20,094 nt of DNA from Octopus sinensis (Eukaryota): NCBI RefSeq assembly GCF_006345805.1, contig NW_021824090.1, positions 1-20,094 of the forward strand. The letters are read 5' to 3'. The notes under the pieces are model-generated. The model had not been told where the DNA came from. It saw only the letters and a list, made by a program, of their open reading frames with translations, and did not search any database. The translations under genes were made by a program, and so were the position numbers. Positions 19,921 through 20,094 of the stretch are shown here, in pieces; position 1 is the first letter of the stretch, and every line of letters begins with the position of its first letter.

Positions 19921-20094
19921 TGGTGATGGTGTCACAATAAAAACACTGGTAATTGCGCAACCTGATAATCTCTACCTCATATGTGTGACAATGAAAATTC
20001 AAAATATCGTGAATAACGGTGGTAATGAAACTGAAGCCAATGATTGTGACAGTGTTACACCCGGTAGGCTAAGATATTCTGGTCCGGCTCCAGC

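Overview
AT-rich eukaryotic genomic DNA, inferred to be octopus (or a close cephalopod) from the SINE sequences and dense (TA)n/(CA)n/(GA)n/(TAA)n microsatellites. No prokaryotic features are present. The only supportable host gene is a spliced ankyrin-repeat gene on the minus strand: two firm coding exons (8599-8446 and 588-434, joined in frame across a 7.9 kb phase-0 intron) and a probable first coding exon (13418-13337). The rest is intronic or upstream repeat DNA: tRNA/CORE-type SINE copies, a decayed HERO-type RLE LINE, an internally deleted DD37D (maT) transposon, two head-to-head RTE-type LINE fragments, a long-TIR MITE with an 8-bp TSD, and a 2 kb polypyrimidine tract. The most striking unannotated signal is a cluster of Penelope-type minimal hammerhead ribozyme motifs in the 7.9 kb intron. 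Two have complete catalytic cores and lie sense to the pre-mRNA (5168-5088 and 3706-3591), one is decayed (7689-7732), and a fold-back palindrome (1392-1568) carries a hammerhead 3' half on both strands. Nearly all supplied ORFs are microsatellite or low-complexity artefacts. All coordinates were read by eye; repeat boundaries are approximate.
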